From an uncultured Thermoproteaceae archaeon (GTDB taxonomy: Archaea; Thermoproteota; Thermoprotei; Thermoproteales; Thermocladiaceae): a DNA stretch of 64,000 nt. Location: the NCBI GenBank assembly GCA_964575955.1, contig CAZNTG010000006.1:288001-352000 (forward strand), given 5' to 3'. Positions 51,963-61,702 of the stretch are shown here, piece by piece. The notes under the pieces are model-generated. The model was not told the DNA's origin. It did not search any database and saw only the letters and a program-made list of their open reading frames with translations. Made by a program: the position numbers and the translations under genes. Within the stretch, counting starts at the first letter, position 1. Each line of letters opens with the position of its first letter.

Positions 51963-52010
51963 TCAGCTTAGCCCAGCTCTTCACTATTCAGACCTCACAA
52001 GCATCATCAC
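51963..52010 (-). ncRNA. C/D box sRNA, probable tRNA-targeting
   Basis: GTGATGA-TGCTTGTGAGGT-CTGA-ATA-GTGAAGA-GCTGGGCTAAG-CTGA. Confidence 0.88.
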
Positions 52011-52084
52011 TAGACTATTACTTTACATATCCTTGTCTAGTCTAGGATTTTAATATCCTTTAAATCTATACACTCCAGTAGGAG

Positions 52085-54718
52085 ATGACTAGATTTGAAA
52101 GAGATGAAGATTATAGATTTGAAGAATTTGAAGAAGAGGAAGTTCAACTTCGTGAAGGTGAAGAGTTTGAAGAAGAAGCTGTATCTTTTGAAATTAGAGG
52201 TGAAACACCAACAATATCACCACCAGCAATTGTACTTACCGTAACTTACGATGGTAAGGTTGGTAAGGCATTGGTAAAGTTGTACGATCCTGTTAATGAT
52301 AAGGTATACTTCTGGTATGACAATACTGGACATAGACCATACCTACTAACTGACATAGATCCTATCGATATAGTTACAAAATTTCCAAAAGTTATAACAC
52401 ATAGAGGTTTTAGTCATATTGAACTTGTAAAGAAGTATGATGCATTAAATGATAGAGAAGTTGTAATGACGAAGATATGTGCTAAAGATCCATTAAGTAT
52501 TGGAGGTGCTAAAGAATCTATTAGAGATATATTACCAAAAACTTGGGAATCTAAAATAAAGTATCACCTATGCTACATATATGATAGTGGAATAATACCA
52601 GGAATGTTCTACAGAATTGAGAATGGAAAACTTGTTAAAGTTGATATTGAAATTCCACAAGAAGTTAGAGATTTCGTATATAAGATATATGGAAATGACC
52701 AATACATGATTGAGGAAGTTGAAAAATGGCTACCACTATTTCAAGCACCTGTACCACACATTAAGAGAGTTGCAGTTGACATTGAGGTATTTACACCAAA
52801 AGAGAATAAGATACCAAAACCTGAAGAAGCAACATACGAGATAATATCAATAGCACTAGCAGGAACTGATGGATTGAGAAGAGTATTAGTATTGAGAAGA
52901 CCAGACCTAGAGTTCACACCTGAACAATTAGAGAAACTTAGAGATGAAGAAGTTGAAATAATGTTCTTTGATAGTGAATATGAGATGTTAAGAGAATTCT
53001 TCAAAATTATATGTCAATACCCTGTTGTAGTTACATTTAATGGTGATAATTTTGACCTAAAGTATATATACAATAGAGCACTAAAACTTGGATTTAGAAA
53101 AGAGGAGATTCCAATAATATCTAAGAGAGATGAGATGGCTATAGCACTTGGAGTTCATATTGATCTATACAAATTCTTCAATATTAGAGCAATAGAAACC
53201 TACGCATTTGGAGGTAAGTATAGAGGTGCTGAGAAAACTCTAGACACAATAGCATCAGCATTAATAAAGATGAAGAAGATTCCTAGAGAGAAACCTATTA
53301 GTGAGATGGACTATGCGGAACTTGTAAACTATAACTTTAGAGATGCATTTCTAACACTATACTTAACAATGTTTGATAATGAACTTGTAATGAAGTTAAT
53401 AATATTACTATCAAGAATTTCTAAACTACCTATAGATGACATAACTAGAAGTCAAGTATCTGCATGGATTAAAAATATGATGTATTTTGAACATAGAAGA
53501 AGAGGATGGTTAATACCAGAGAAGGAAGATATAATTAATGCTAAAGGTGAAGCTGCTACAAAGGCAATAATAAAAGGTAAGAAGTATCTAGGTGCTATTG
53601 TTGTAGATCCAGTACCAGGAATATTCCCAAATGTGTATGTTATAGACTTTGCAAGTCTATATCCATCAATAATTAAGAAGTGGAATCTCTCATATGAGAC
53701 TGTTAAATGTCCTGATGAGACGCAGAAAAATAATAAGCCTGTACCTGATTTACCACATTGGATTTGTTATAATAGGAGAGGACTAACTTCCACAATTATA
53801 GGAATTTTAAGAGATATGAGAGTCTACGTTTATAAGAAGATTGCTAAAAGTACTAGTAATCCAATATTGAAACAATTCTACGATGTTGTACAGAGTGCAC
53901 TTAAAGTATTTATAAACGCCTCGTATGGAGTATTTGGAGCAGAAACATTTCAACTATATTGTCCACCTGTTGCTGAGTTAGTAACTGCTTTAGGTAGACT
54001 TGCAATGAGTATGACACTTATAAAAGCTATTGAGCTTGGACTTGTACCACTATACGGAGATACTGACAGCCTCTTCATATGGAGTCCAGATGAGAGAAAG
54101 TTGAAAGAGTTGATTGAGTGGGTTGAAGAGACTTTAGGAATAGATATTGATGTAGATAAAGTATACAAGCTAGTAGCAATGAGTGGTAGAAAGAAGAATT
54201 ACATAGGTATACTACCTGACGGAACACTAGATATTAAAGGTATGGTTGGTAAGAAGAGAAATACTCCAGACTTTGTTAAAGAGGTATTTAGTGATGTCTT
54301 GAAGATAATATCAACTATGGAAAATATTAGCAATGTTGAAGAGAAGTTAGAAGAAATTAGAAAGAAAGTTAAGGAATATTACGACATGCTTAGAAGAAGA
54401 GAAATTCCATTAAATAAGTTAACAATAAGAATGTCACTTAATAAACCACTTGAACAATATACCAAGAATAAGCCACAACATGTTAAAGCTGCACTACAGC
54501 TAAGACAGGTTGGAATTAATGTCGGTCCTGGAGATATAATATACTTTGTAAAGACTAGAACTAGAGATGGTGTAAAACCTGTACAGCTTGCCAGAATTGA
54601 TGAGGTAGATGTTGATAAGTATGTTGAATATCTAAAGACAAGTCTTGAACAGGTGTTGGATGCCTTAGGTATTAGTTTTGATGAGATTCTAGGTGCTACA
54701 AAGTTATCACTAGTTTAG
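52085..54718 (+). CDS. polB1: Family B DNA polymerase (crenarchaeal PolB1)
   Basis: DIEV, FNGDNFD, DFASLYPS, KVFINASYG and YGDTDS motifs; acidic N-terminus. Confidence 0.94.
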   Translation: MTRFERDEDYRFEEFEEEEVQLREGEEFEEEAVSFEIRGETPTISPPAIVLTVTYDGKVGKALVKLYDPVNDKVYFWYDNTGHRPYLLTDIDPIDIVTKFPKVITHRGFSHIELVKKYDALNDREVVMTKICAKDPLSIGGAKESIRDILPKTWESKIKYHLCYIYDSGIIPGMFYRIENGKLVKVDIEIPQEVRDFVYKIYGNDQYMIEEVEKWLPLFQAPVPHIKRVAVDIEVFTPKENKIPKPEEATYEIISIALAGTDGLRRVLVLRRPDLEFTPEQLEKLRDEEVEIMFFDSEYEMLREFFKIICQYPVVVTFNGDNFDLKYIYNRALKLGFRKEEIPIISKRDEMAIALGVHIDLYKFFNIRAIETYAFGGKYRGAEKTLDTIASALIKMKKIPREKPISEMDYAELVNYNFRDAFLTLYLTMFDNELVMKLIILLSRISKLPIDDITRSQVSAWIKNMMYFEHRRRGWLIPEKEDIINAKGEAATKAIIKGKKYLGAIVVDPVPGIFPNVYVIDFASLYPSIIKKWNLSYETVKCPDETQKNNKPVPDLPHWICYNRRGLTSTIIGILRDMRVYVYKKIAKSTSNPILKQFYDVVQSALKVFINASYGVFGAETFQLYCPPVAELVTALGRLAMSMTLIKAIELGLVPLYGDTDSLFIWSPDERKLKELIEWVEETLGIDIDVDKVYKLVAMSGRKKNYIGILPDGTLDIKGMVGKKRNTPDFVKEVFSDVLKIISTMENISNVEEKLEEIRKKVKEYYDMLRRREIPLNKLTIRMSLNKPLEQYTKNKPQHVKAALQLRQVGINVGPGDIIYFVKTRTRDGVKPVQLARIDEVDVDKYVEYLKTSLEQVLDALGISFDEILGATKLSLV

Positions 54719-55164
54719 AATTCTTCTTCAAACTCCTCCTCACTACCAGCTTCCTCACTCTCCTTAGTTGTTAATGATCTTATTACAGCATTAGCTATCT
54801 GTTCTGTAACTTCATCACTTATGTATGGGAATATTATTATGAAGTTATCTGCCTGAAATGAATCTTCAACCCACCTATTACTACAAGATATCTCATATAC
54901 AGGTATTGTTACTTCTGCTTGATTACCAACTCTTCTAGCACCATACTTCTTAGCTATATCTGCAACTTCAGGTTTTAGAGGTATCTTCAACGTTACAGTA
55001 TAGCTATCTCTCAAAATTATGAAATCTGAAACTTCAGCATCCCACTCATCTATAAGCTTCTTAGCATATGTCTTAACTATCTGTACTAGATCTCCTTTAA
55101 CTCTCTCAGTCTTAGATATCTTATTACCCTCTATATATACTATAACACACTCTTCTCGAGTCAT
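54715..55164 (-). CDS. DUF2286-like conserved crenarchaeal protein
   Basis: EWD...SDFII.RD and P.YEIS..N.W motifs. Confidence 0.7.
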   Translation of the reverse strand: MTREECVIVYIEGNKISKTERVKGDLVQIVKTYAKKLIDEWDAEVSDFIILRDSYTVTLKIPLKPEVADIAKKYGARRVGNQAEVTIPVYEISCSNRWVEDSFQADNFIIIFPYISDEVTEQIANAVIRSLTTKESEEAGSEEEFEEEF

Positions 55165-55256
55165 TGCTTCAGCTTATCAAGACTCCACACTATTTAAACC
55201 TTAACTTCACCTTTAGTAAGTCTAAATTTTATGGTAGATATATCAAAATTTGGATA

Positions 55257-55859
55257 CTACTTAAGAATTTTACACACAGTTACTATTCTTTGAATAGCTG
55301 TAATATTTGTCAATATTGCTAATATGAGTGTGTAATATCTCGTAAATATGTTAAATATATTACTACGATATATCAAGTAGCAAATTATGAAAAATATTAT
55401 TAGTAAAATTACACGTTCACCTCTTTCAATAAAACCAATACCTCTAAGTTGAACACCAAGACTTTCACCTCTAGCTCTCGCATAGCTCGTTATAAATGAT
55501 CCAACTAGTGTAAGTATTAGAAATATTTTAGAAATATCATCACTACATATTAATATTGCTGTTATAATCATTATAGAATCAACATATCTATCACATGTAG
55601 AATCTAGAAAAGCACCCTTCTTACTAGATAGACCATACATTCTAGCAACAGCACCATCAATAGCATCTAATAATGATGATATTATGAATAGTATTAATAC
55701 TATCAATATGCTAATTCTACAATTGTAGAAGTACACTATGAGTGGTGATGGTATTGATATCAATACTGAACTTAAAGTTAACATATTTGGATTTACGTAC
55801 AGGTACTTTGCAATAAATTTAAATAAAGGTTCAAAATGTCTTCTTAATCTTTCAAGCAT
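55257..55859 (-). CDS. CDP-alcohol phosphatidyltransferase (archaetidylinositol phosphate synthase-like)
   Basis: DAIDGAVAR...GAFLDSTCDR and SYARARGE motifs. Confidence 0.9.
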   Translation of the reverse strand: MLERLRRHFEPLFKFIAKYLYVNPNMLTLSSVLISIPSPLIVYFYNCRISILIVLILFIISSLLDAIDGAVARMYGLSSKKGAFLDSTCDRYVDSIMIITAILICSDDISKIFLILTLVGSFITSYARARGESLGVQLRGIGFIERGERVILLIIFFIICYLIYRSNIFNIFTRYYTLILAILTNITAIQRIVTVCKILK

Positions 55860-55911
55860 ATAGCAATGATGTTGAAGATATATTTAAGTATGGATACGTT
55901 AACATAGCACT

Positions 55912-56466
55912 GTGAAGCTGATAGATTTAGAAGAGCTATCAAAATCTGACTACGTACTATTCTCAGTGATGTTAGTTAAAGATAGGTTGATAGGATTAAC
56001 AATGATAGATAAGATTATTATAAATAGTGTAGATAGTGAGATTTTAGAAAAATTAAAAAATCATATACCTAAAAGTTCGATAATAACTCTAGACTTAACA
56101 ATAAACTGTCCTGAAGATAATAGAAGATGTATTGAAAGAGCTAGAGCTATGGGTCTAGAACCTAATGTTGAAATTTTAGCACCACTAAGCTTAATAGCTA
56201 TATCTACAAAATTTCTAGATTTAAATAGGTTTAAAGAATTGTTAGAGAAGAATCTTGGAGATCTATACTCTTCTATGATGATGTCTTACTGTACTAGAGA
56301 TGAGTTAGATAAGGAACTTCAAGAATATATGTACTACATATCCTCAATAATGACCTCAGCTGATGAAGATAGACTGTTCAGGAGATCATCATTAGATAAG
56401 TTGAATAATGTTGCTATTATTGTTGAAGAAAGTGGAGATGTAAAGTACGTCAATGTTAGTATCTAG
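55912..56466 (+). CDS. Hypothetical protein
   Basis: 184-aa ORF divergent from the phosphatidyltransferase gene. Confidence 0.6.
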   Translation: MKLIDLEELSKSDYVLFSVMLVKDRLIGLTMIDKIIINSVDSEILEKLKNHIPKSSIITLDLTINCPEDNRRCIERARAMGLEPNVEILAPLSLIAISTKFLDLNRFKELLEKNLGDLYSSMMMSYCTRDELDKELQEYMYYISSIMTSADEDRLFRRSSLDKLNNVAIIVEESGDVKYVNVSI

Positions 56467-56810
56467 ACGTAGACATGTTTTAATATGTATGCAAATATGA
56501 ATAGTAATATTGCAGATATTATAAGTCTCTTACCTGTATATGGACTTATTCTTGAAAACCATAAGAATAGACCAACAATTACTAGACCTATTGAGAGTAC
56601 TTCTGATATTTTTATAAGTATTTTAACTATCATTGATAATGCTGTATTCATTGATGTTACTATTGTATTTCCAGTTTTTTCAAATATATTTTGAATATTT
56701 TTTACTATTGAATTAACTGGAGATTCAGCATGAACTACGACTCCTATAGTTATTGCAGTTATTGTAAGTGTAATTATCAACATGTTCAGTAGTATATTTC
56801 TTTTCCTCAT
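56463..56810 (-). CDS. Small exported two-TM protein, candidate VirB2/TedC-like pilin
   Basis: Basic-hydrophobic signal ending VHA, amphipathic helix, two TM helices around SPYTGKR. Confidence 0.55.
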   Translation of the reverse strand: MRKRNILLNMLIITLTITAITIGVVVHAESPVNSIVKNIQNIFEKTGNTIVTSMNTALSMIVKILIKISEVLSIGLVIVGLFLWFSRISPYTGKRLIISAILLFIFAYILKHVYV

Positions 56811-56845
56811 GTATATACTAGAGTTACAGGATTTATATAATAGGT

Positions 56846-57313
56846 TCAGTCTGGTCTAGGTAATCTTCCATACTTTACTAATATCCAGTATTTAGTTATT
56901 TGAGAGAGTTTTACAAATGCTTCTAATATTGGTAGAAATCTCTCTAAAACCTCTACAGGTATTGTATCTGCTGCTGGACATTCAGGATCTACATATACTT
57001 CACCATCAGCATATTGTAATGGGTAGAGTCTACACCCTATTGGTCTATGTTCATATATTTTACATAGATTTGTCTTTGGGTCGAAGAAGATGCAGTGATT
57101 ATCTATACATCTAAGTCTAACTATGCCACCTTTTATAGTTGTGAAGTATTCTATATCATATCCAAGTTTTACGATTCTATCAATATCTTGTGGTAGTAAT
57201 TCCATCTCAGTACCAATACAACATCTTCCACATCTAGTACATTTCATAGGAACTTCAAATGTTTTTGGATCTCTATTAAATAGATTCCAAATGTTTGGAT
57301 CTATAGATATCAT
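56846..57313 (-). CDS. YkgJ-family Zn/Fe-chelating cysteine-cluster protein
   Basis: CTRCGRCC, C.FFD....CKIYE.RP..CRLYP. Confidence 0.88.
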   Translation of the reverse strand: MISIDPNIWNLFNRDPKTFEVPMKCTRCGRCCIGTEMELLPQDIDRIVKLGYDIEYFTTIKGGIVRLRCIDNHCIFFDPKTNLCKIYEHRPIGCRLYPLQYADGEVYVDPECPAADTIPVEVLERFLPILEAFVKLSQITKYWILVKYGRLPRPD

Positions 57314-57315
57314 AG

Positions 57316-58695
57316 TTAATGTTTAAACTTTGGATGTATTGTCCAATGACCTGTAACTATATATGCAACAGCCATGCTAAGTGCTATTAGTGGTGTATAT
57401 GGCCATGTCTCTGTCATTCCAGATACTATCAATATAGATGCTACAGGTATCCTATATACACATCCTAGTAGTGTTGCAGCACCTGCAATTGTCAATATTG
57501 ATAGTAGTGCTTGTGATGCTACTGTAGGTGCTAGTAGTTTGAAAAGTAGGAATGTTAGTAGTCCAATATATCCACCAGTTACTAACGTTGGTGCAACCAT
57601 ACCACCGCTAGCTCCTGATGCTATTGTTATTGATGTTGCAATTATTTTAAATACAACAACTAGGAACAGTATCATTATTGCATATGTTGTTGGGTTAAGT
57701 CTATTTATTGAATCTGCAAAATAGTGTATCAGACTGTTAAGCCATGTATATCCGGTAGTTATTGATAGTGGTGTTGTTGCACCTATAAATGCTACAGCTA
57801 TTGCAGCTATTATAGGTGGTATTATTGGACTGTACTTAAGTTTGAAGAATGATGCTTTAAATAGATGATATACTTCTGCATATACTCTAGTTAATGCACC
57901 AACAATAACTCCTAGAAATATGAATGATGCTATAACCCATGGATTTGTAATTGCTAGATGTAGACTAATACCTGCTAGTGATATTACAGGAGATATTACA
58001 CCACCTGAAAGTAGTACTGTGGTAAGGTAGCTTACTATGGATGCTACTAGTGATGGGTATAGTACTTCAAGTATCTCAAACTCAATTTCATAAACTCTCA
58101 AAAACTCTATACCAAATACAGTACCTCCAAGTGGTGATGATAATGCTGCAGATATTCCAGATGCAACACCTGCAACATATGCAACTTTTAGATCTCTAAG
58201 ATCCATCCTAAATATCTTCTCAACAACACTACTAGCACTAGCACCTATAAGTACTGCAGGACCCTCCTTACCGACACTAGCACCTAGACTGAGTGTTGGT
58301 AATGTTGCTATAACTTTCATAAATGGTACTCTAAGTCTAAATAGGTATCTCCTATTTGCATAGTTGTAAAATGCTATATCACAACCTGAACCTCTAGCTT
58401 CTTCACATATCTTTGTAACAATTAGATAACTTAATAGATGACCAACAACTAGTAGTGGAAGTATTTTCATAAATATGCTTAATGAGAATGTGAATACGAA
58501 TGGTGGTTTAGTACCTTGATTAAGTATTGGTAATACAACTCTACTCAATATTATACTAGAAGCCTTACCGAGTATCCAGACTAGAGAACCTATTATAACT
58601 CCCATCACTGCAGATATTATGAACCATCTAACGATGTATGAACGAGTTACACCATGTATCAGATAGCTCTCTATAGTCTTCAGGAAACTACTCAC
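57316..58695 (-). CDS. CLC-family chloride channel/antiporter (no CBS domains)
   Basis: GSG, GKEGP, SPLGG..FGIE and SGGMVAP motifs. Confidence 0.88.
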   Translation of the reverse strand: MSSFLKTIESYLIHGVTRSYIVRWFIISAVMGVIIGSLVWILGKASSIILSRVVLPILNQGTKPPFVFTFSLSIFMKILPLLVVGHLLSYLIVTKICEEARGSGCDIAFYNYANRRYLFRLRVPFMKVIATLPTLSLGASVGKEGPAVLIGASASSVVEKIFRMDLRDLKVAYVAGVASGISAALSSPLGGTVFGIEFLRVYEIEFEILEVLYPSLVASIVSYLTTVLLSGGVISPVISLAGISLHLAITNPWVIASFIFLGVIVGALTRVYAEVYHLFKASFFKLKYSPIIPPIIAAIAVAFIGATTPLSITTGYTWLNSLIHYFADSINRLNPTTYAIMILFLVVVFKIIATSITIASGASGGMVAPTLVTGGYIGLLTFLLFKLLAPTVASQALLSILTIAGAATLLGCVYRIPVASILIVSGMTETWPYTPLIALSMAVAYIVTGHWTIHPKFKH

Positions 58696-58850
58696 TTCTT
58701 CAGTATGTTATTTTGAGAAAATTTTAACTATATCCTAAAAGGCAGGTTTGGCAGAGAGATGTGAGACACTTATGTCTATACATGCCTAACATAGTCTAAT
58801 CTCTACTTAGAGATAGATTATAAAGGTGGTGTAGTTTAGTATTGTTGATG

Positions 58851-58900
58851 ATGATGATGCTTGGGCTTAATGATCTATGATTAACTTCACGCAGGACTGA
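58851..58900 (+). ncRNA. C/D box sRNA overlapping the hisI 3' end antisense
   Basis: ATGATGA-TGCTTGGGCTTA-ATGA-TCT-ATGATTA-ACTTCACGCAGGA-CTGA; TTATAAA at 58818-58824. Confidence 0.8.
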
Positions 58901-59252
58901 TCTTAACATTGTCAAAACATGACCTATATCCTAGGTGGCATGCGGGTCCTCTAGGTTTTACTATTAGAAGTACAGAATCTCTATCGCAGTCAATTCTAAA
59001 TTCTAGAACTTCTTGAACATTTCCTGATGTCTCACCTTTCATCCACAACTTCTTTCTTGTTGTAGACCAGAAGTGTGCTAATCCTGTTGTTAATGTCTTT
59101 ACTACAGCTTCCTTATTCATGTAGGCTACCATTAAGACATCTTTAGTTTCATAATCCTGTACTACTGCTATTACAGTATTGTCAATATGTCTATACCATA
59201 GTGATTCTGCAATTTCTCTAGCTTTATCTTCTGGAAGTGTTAATCTCTTCAT
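58887..59252 (-). CDS. hisI: Phosphoribosyl-AMP cyclohydrolase
   Basis: LWMKGETSGN, DCDRD and ACHLG..SCF motifs. Confidence 0.94.
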   Translation of the reverse strand: MKRLTLPEDKAREIAESLWYRHIDNTVIAVVQDYETKDVLMVAYMNKEAVVKTLTTGLAHFWSTTRKKLWMKGETSGNVQEVLEFRIDCDRDSVLLIVKPRGPACHLGYRSCFDNVKISPA

Positions 59253-59257
59253 ATTCT

Positions 59258-60136
59258 TTATGGTACAATTTTCTCTATGTTTAGTACAAGTATATCTTTA
59301 ACACCTAAACTCTTCAATTTCATAATAACGTCAGGAAGTTCATCTTCACTAACTACAGTAATTACTTCCCACATCTCTACACCTCTCCTAGACTCTACTT
59401 TAGCAACTGTAGGTCCCTCAAGTGCTGGTACAACTTTAAGTACTTGATCTAACACATTTCCTGGAACATTCATCATTAGTAATCTTCTACCTTGAGATTC
59501 TAAAACTGCTTTTACAAGTGTTACAAATTTATTAATTACATACTTAGCATCATTATCAACTTCTTCTCTAGTCATTATCAATTTTGCTTCTGATTCAAGT
59601 ATTGTATATATTGGTTTAAGTCCATGAATTCTCAATGTTGTTCCTGTAGACATGACATCTACTATAGCGTCTGCAGCTCCTAACATCGGCATAACTTCTA
59701 CACTTCCAGAAACTTTGACAATTCTAACCTTCTTACCAATACTAGTAAAGAACTTTCTAGTAATATTGACATATTTAGTAGCTATTCTTGCATTATCAGG
59801 AAGCTGTTCAGGACTTTCAATCTTAGATTTCTCAGGTACTGCAAGAACAATCTTACCTCTACCATACCCAAGACCTAGCAAAATCTCAACGTCAGCCTCA
59901 GATTCATACACAAAGTCTAGACCAGTAATACCCATTATAGCTGCACCAGTCTCTACAATACTTGGAATATCTTCAGGTCTAAGTCTAACAAGACTAAGAC
60001 ATGGCCAGCTAGTCTGAACTATCAATGCTCTATCATCTGTTGAAGATAGTTTAAGACCAACATTAGACAATAACCATAGTGTAGGCTCTACAAGTCTACC
60101 TTTACTAGGTACTGCAAGTAGGTAAGTTTTAGACAC
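59258..60136 (-). CDS. hisG: ATP phosphoribosyltransferase
   Basis: AVPSKGRL, GITGLD, IATKY, GSVE and DVMSTGTTL motifs; start moved to GTG 60136 (track start 60181 leaves only 4 nt to hisD). Confidence 0.92.
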   Translation of the reverse strand: MSKTYLLAVPSKGRLVEPTLWLLSNVGLKLSSTDDRALIVQTSWPCLSLVRLRPEDIPSIVETGAAIMGITGLDFVYESEADVEILLGLGYGRGKIVLAVPEKSKIESPEQLPDNARIATKYVNITRKFFTSIGKKVRIVKVSGSVEVMPMLGAADAIVDVMSTGTTLRIHGLKPIYTILESEAKLIMTREEVDNDAKYVINKFVTLVKAVLESQGRRLLMMNVPGNVLDQVLKVVPALEGPTVAKVESRRGVEMWEVITVVSEDELPDVIMKLKSLGVKDILVLNIEKIVP

Positions 60137-60155
60137 AGGATATTGAGAGTCTTCT

Positions 60156-60163
60156 TTTAAATA
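60156..60163. promoter_or_regulatory. Central bidirectional TATA box between hisG and hisD
   Basis: TTTAAATA lies about 20-23 nt from both start codons. Confidence 0.55.
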
Positions 60164-60185
60164 TAGATTACTATCCAACACATAA

Positions 60186-61403
60186 ATGAGATTAAGTAAG
60201 AATGAGATAGTTAAAGTTAGGAGAAGATTAAATATTGAAGAGTATGTAGATAAGGTTAGAGATATACTGTATAAAGTTCGTAGAGAAGGTGATAAAGCAA
60301 TAATAGAGATTACAGAGAAGATAGATAAGATAAAGATAGAGAAGATTGAGATAGGTAGAGAATATATAAGAAACTTATCTAGTAAAGTATCTCAAGATAT
60401 TAAAGACATTTTAAAAAGAATTGTAGAAAGAATTTGGAATTTCAATGCAAAATTATTACCAAAGAACGAAATTATAGTAAGTGGTAGTGAGATTGCAAAA
60501 TTGAAGTATGTACCAATAGAGAGAGTTGGAATATACATACCTAGAGGATACATATCAACATTAATTATGTTAACAACCATTGCAAAAGTCTCAGGTTGTG
60601 AAGATATAGTAGTATTCACACCACCAATAAATGAAGAATATTTAATACAACCTGAAATGGCATACATATTAGAATTATTAAAAATATATAGAGTATATGT
60701 TGGTAATGGTGTTGCAGGTATTGGAGCATTAGCATATGGTACAGAGACAATACCAAAAGTCTTCAAAATTTACGGTCCAGGAAACATATATATACAATCT
60801 GCAAAATATTTAGTATCTTCTGAAGTAGATATTGATGGAATTGAAGGACCTACAGAGCTCGTACTATATGTAGATGATACTGTTAGCGATAGAGATATTA
60901 AATGTGCTATACTTGACGTAATTGCAGAACTTGAACATGGTGTACATAGTATTGCTATAGTACTATCAAATAGTGAAAATATATTAAACATGTTCGAAGT
61001 TGAGTATAGAAAAGCTAAGGAGAATTTAGAAAATATTGGAGAATTATATACAGTTAAGATTGATAATTTAGAAGATGTTGTCAATATAATAAATGAGATA
61101 GCTCCTGAGCATGTCGAAATTATATCTAAAAAGTATAGAGAAATATCTAGTAGAATTACAAATGCAGGAATTATATCAATAAATACTCCATGTACATATC
61201 TAGACTACTCAGCAGGACCATGCCATGTATTGCCAACATCAGGATTTGCAAAGTCTAGAGGTACAATAACACCGTTAGATTTTATGAAGAAGATTATAAT
61301 ATATGAGGGGTATAGTATAGATATGCTAAATCTAGGCCAATTTTTAGCAAAGATTGAAAATATGAAATATCATGAAGAAAGTCTGAGATGTAGACTAGTA
61401 TGA
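60186..61403 (+). CDS. hisD: Histidinol dehydrogenase
   Basis: GIYIP, GPGN.Y, GPTE, APEH and DYSAGPCHVLPT motifs. Confidence 0.9.
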   Translation: MRLSKNEIVKVRRRLNIEEYVDKVRDILYKVRREGDKAIIEITEKIDKIKIEKIEIGREYIRNLSSKVSQDIKDILKRIVERIWNFNAKLLPKNEIIVSGSEIAKLKYVPIERVGIYIPRGYISTLIMLTTIAKVSGCEDIVVFTPPINEEYLIQPEMAYILELLKIYRVYVGNGVAGIGALAYGTETIPKVFKIYGPGNIYIQSAKYLVSSEVDIDGIEGPTELVLYVDDTVSDRDIKCAILDVIAELEHGVHSIAIVLSNSENILNMFEVEYRKAKENLENIGELYTVKIDNLEDVVNIINEIAPEHVEIISKKYREISSRITNAGIISINTPCTYLDYSAGPCHVLPTSGFAKSRGTITPLDFMKKIIIYEGYSIDMLNLGQFLAKIENMKYHEESLRCRLV

Positions 61404-61702
61404 CAAGTCTAGAATTTCTACTAAAACTTGAAGAAGTTATAGATAGTAGAATAAGATCGAAATCTGAAACTAGCTATACTTGGAGATTAGTATCTCAAGG
61501 AATTGAAAAAGTTTGTAAGAAAGTTTTAGAAGAGGCAGGTGAGGTTGTTATAGCAGTATTGAAAGAAGGTAGAGATAGAGTAGTTGAAGAATGTGCAGAC
61601 TTAATATACCATCTGCTAGTCCTACTGAGAGTAAATAACATAAGTATTGTAGACGTAGTTAAAATACTAGAGAAGAGACATATTGAGAAGACACAAAAGT
61701 GA
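61400..61702 (+). CDS. hisE: Phosphoribosyl-ATP pyrophosphohydrolase
   Basis: SYT..L, KKV.EEAGE and E.ADL.YH motifs. Confidence 0.93.
   Translation: MTSLEFLLKLEEVIDSRIRSKSETSYTWRLVSQGIEKVCKKVLEEAGEVVIAVLKEGRDRVVEECADLIYHLLVLLRVNNISIVDVVKILEKRHIEKTQK

Noticed and set aside
58700-58800. Fluoride riboswitch upstream of the CLC gene
   Set aside because: The GGYGAUG and CUGAUG consensus elements are absent on the coding strand, and the CLC lacks the fluoride-type GNN/GREGT signatures
58846-58859. (TGA)n microsatellite
   Set aside because: Explained as box C of the sRNA plus flanking sequence
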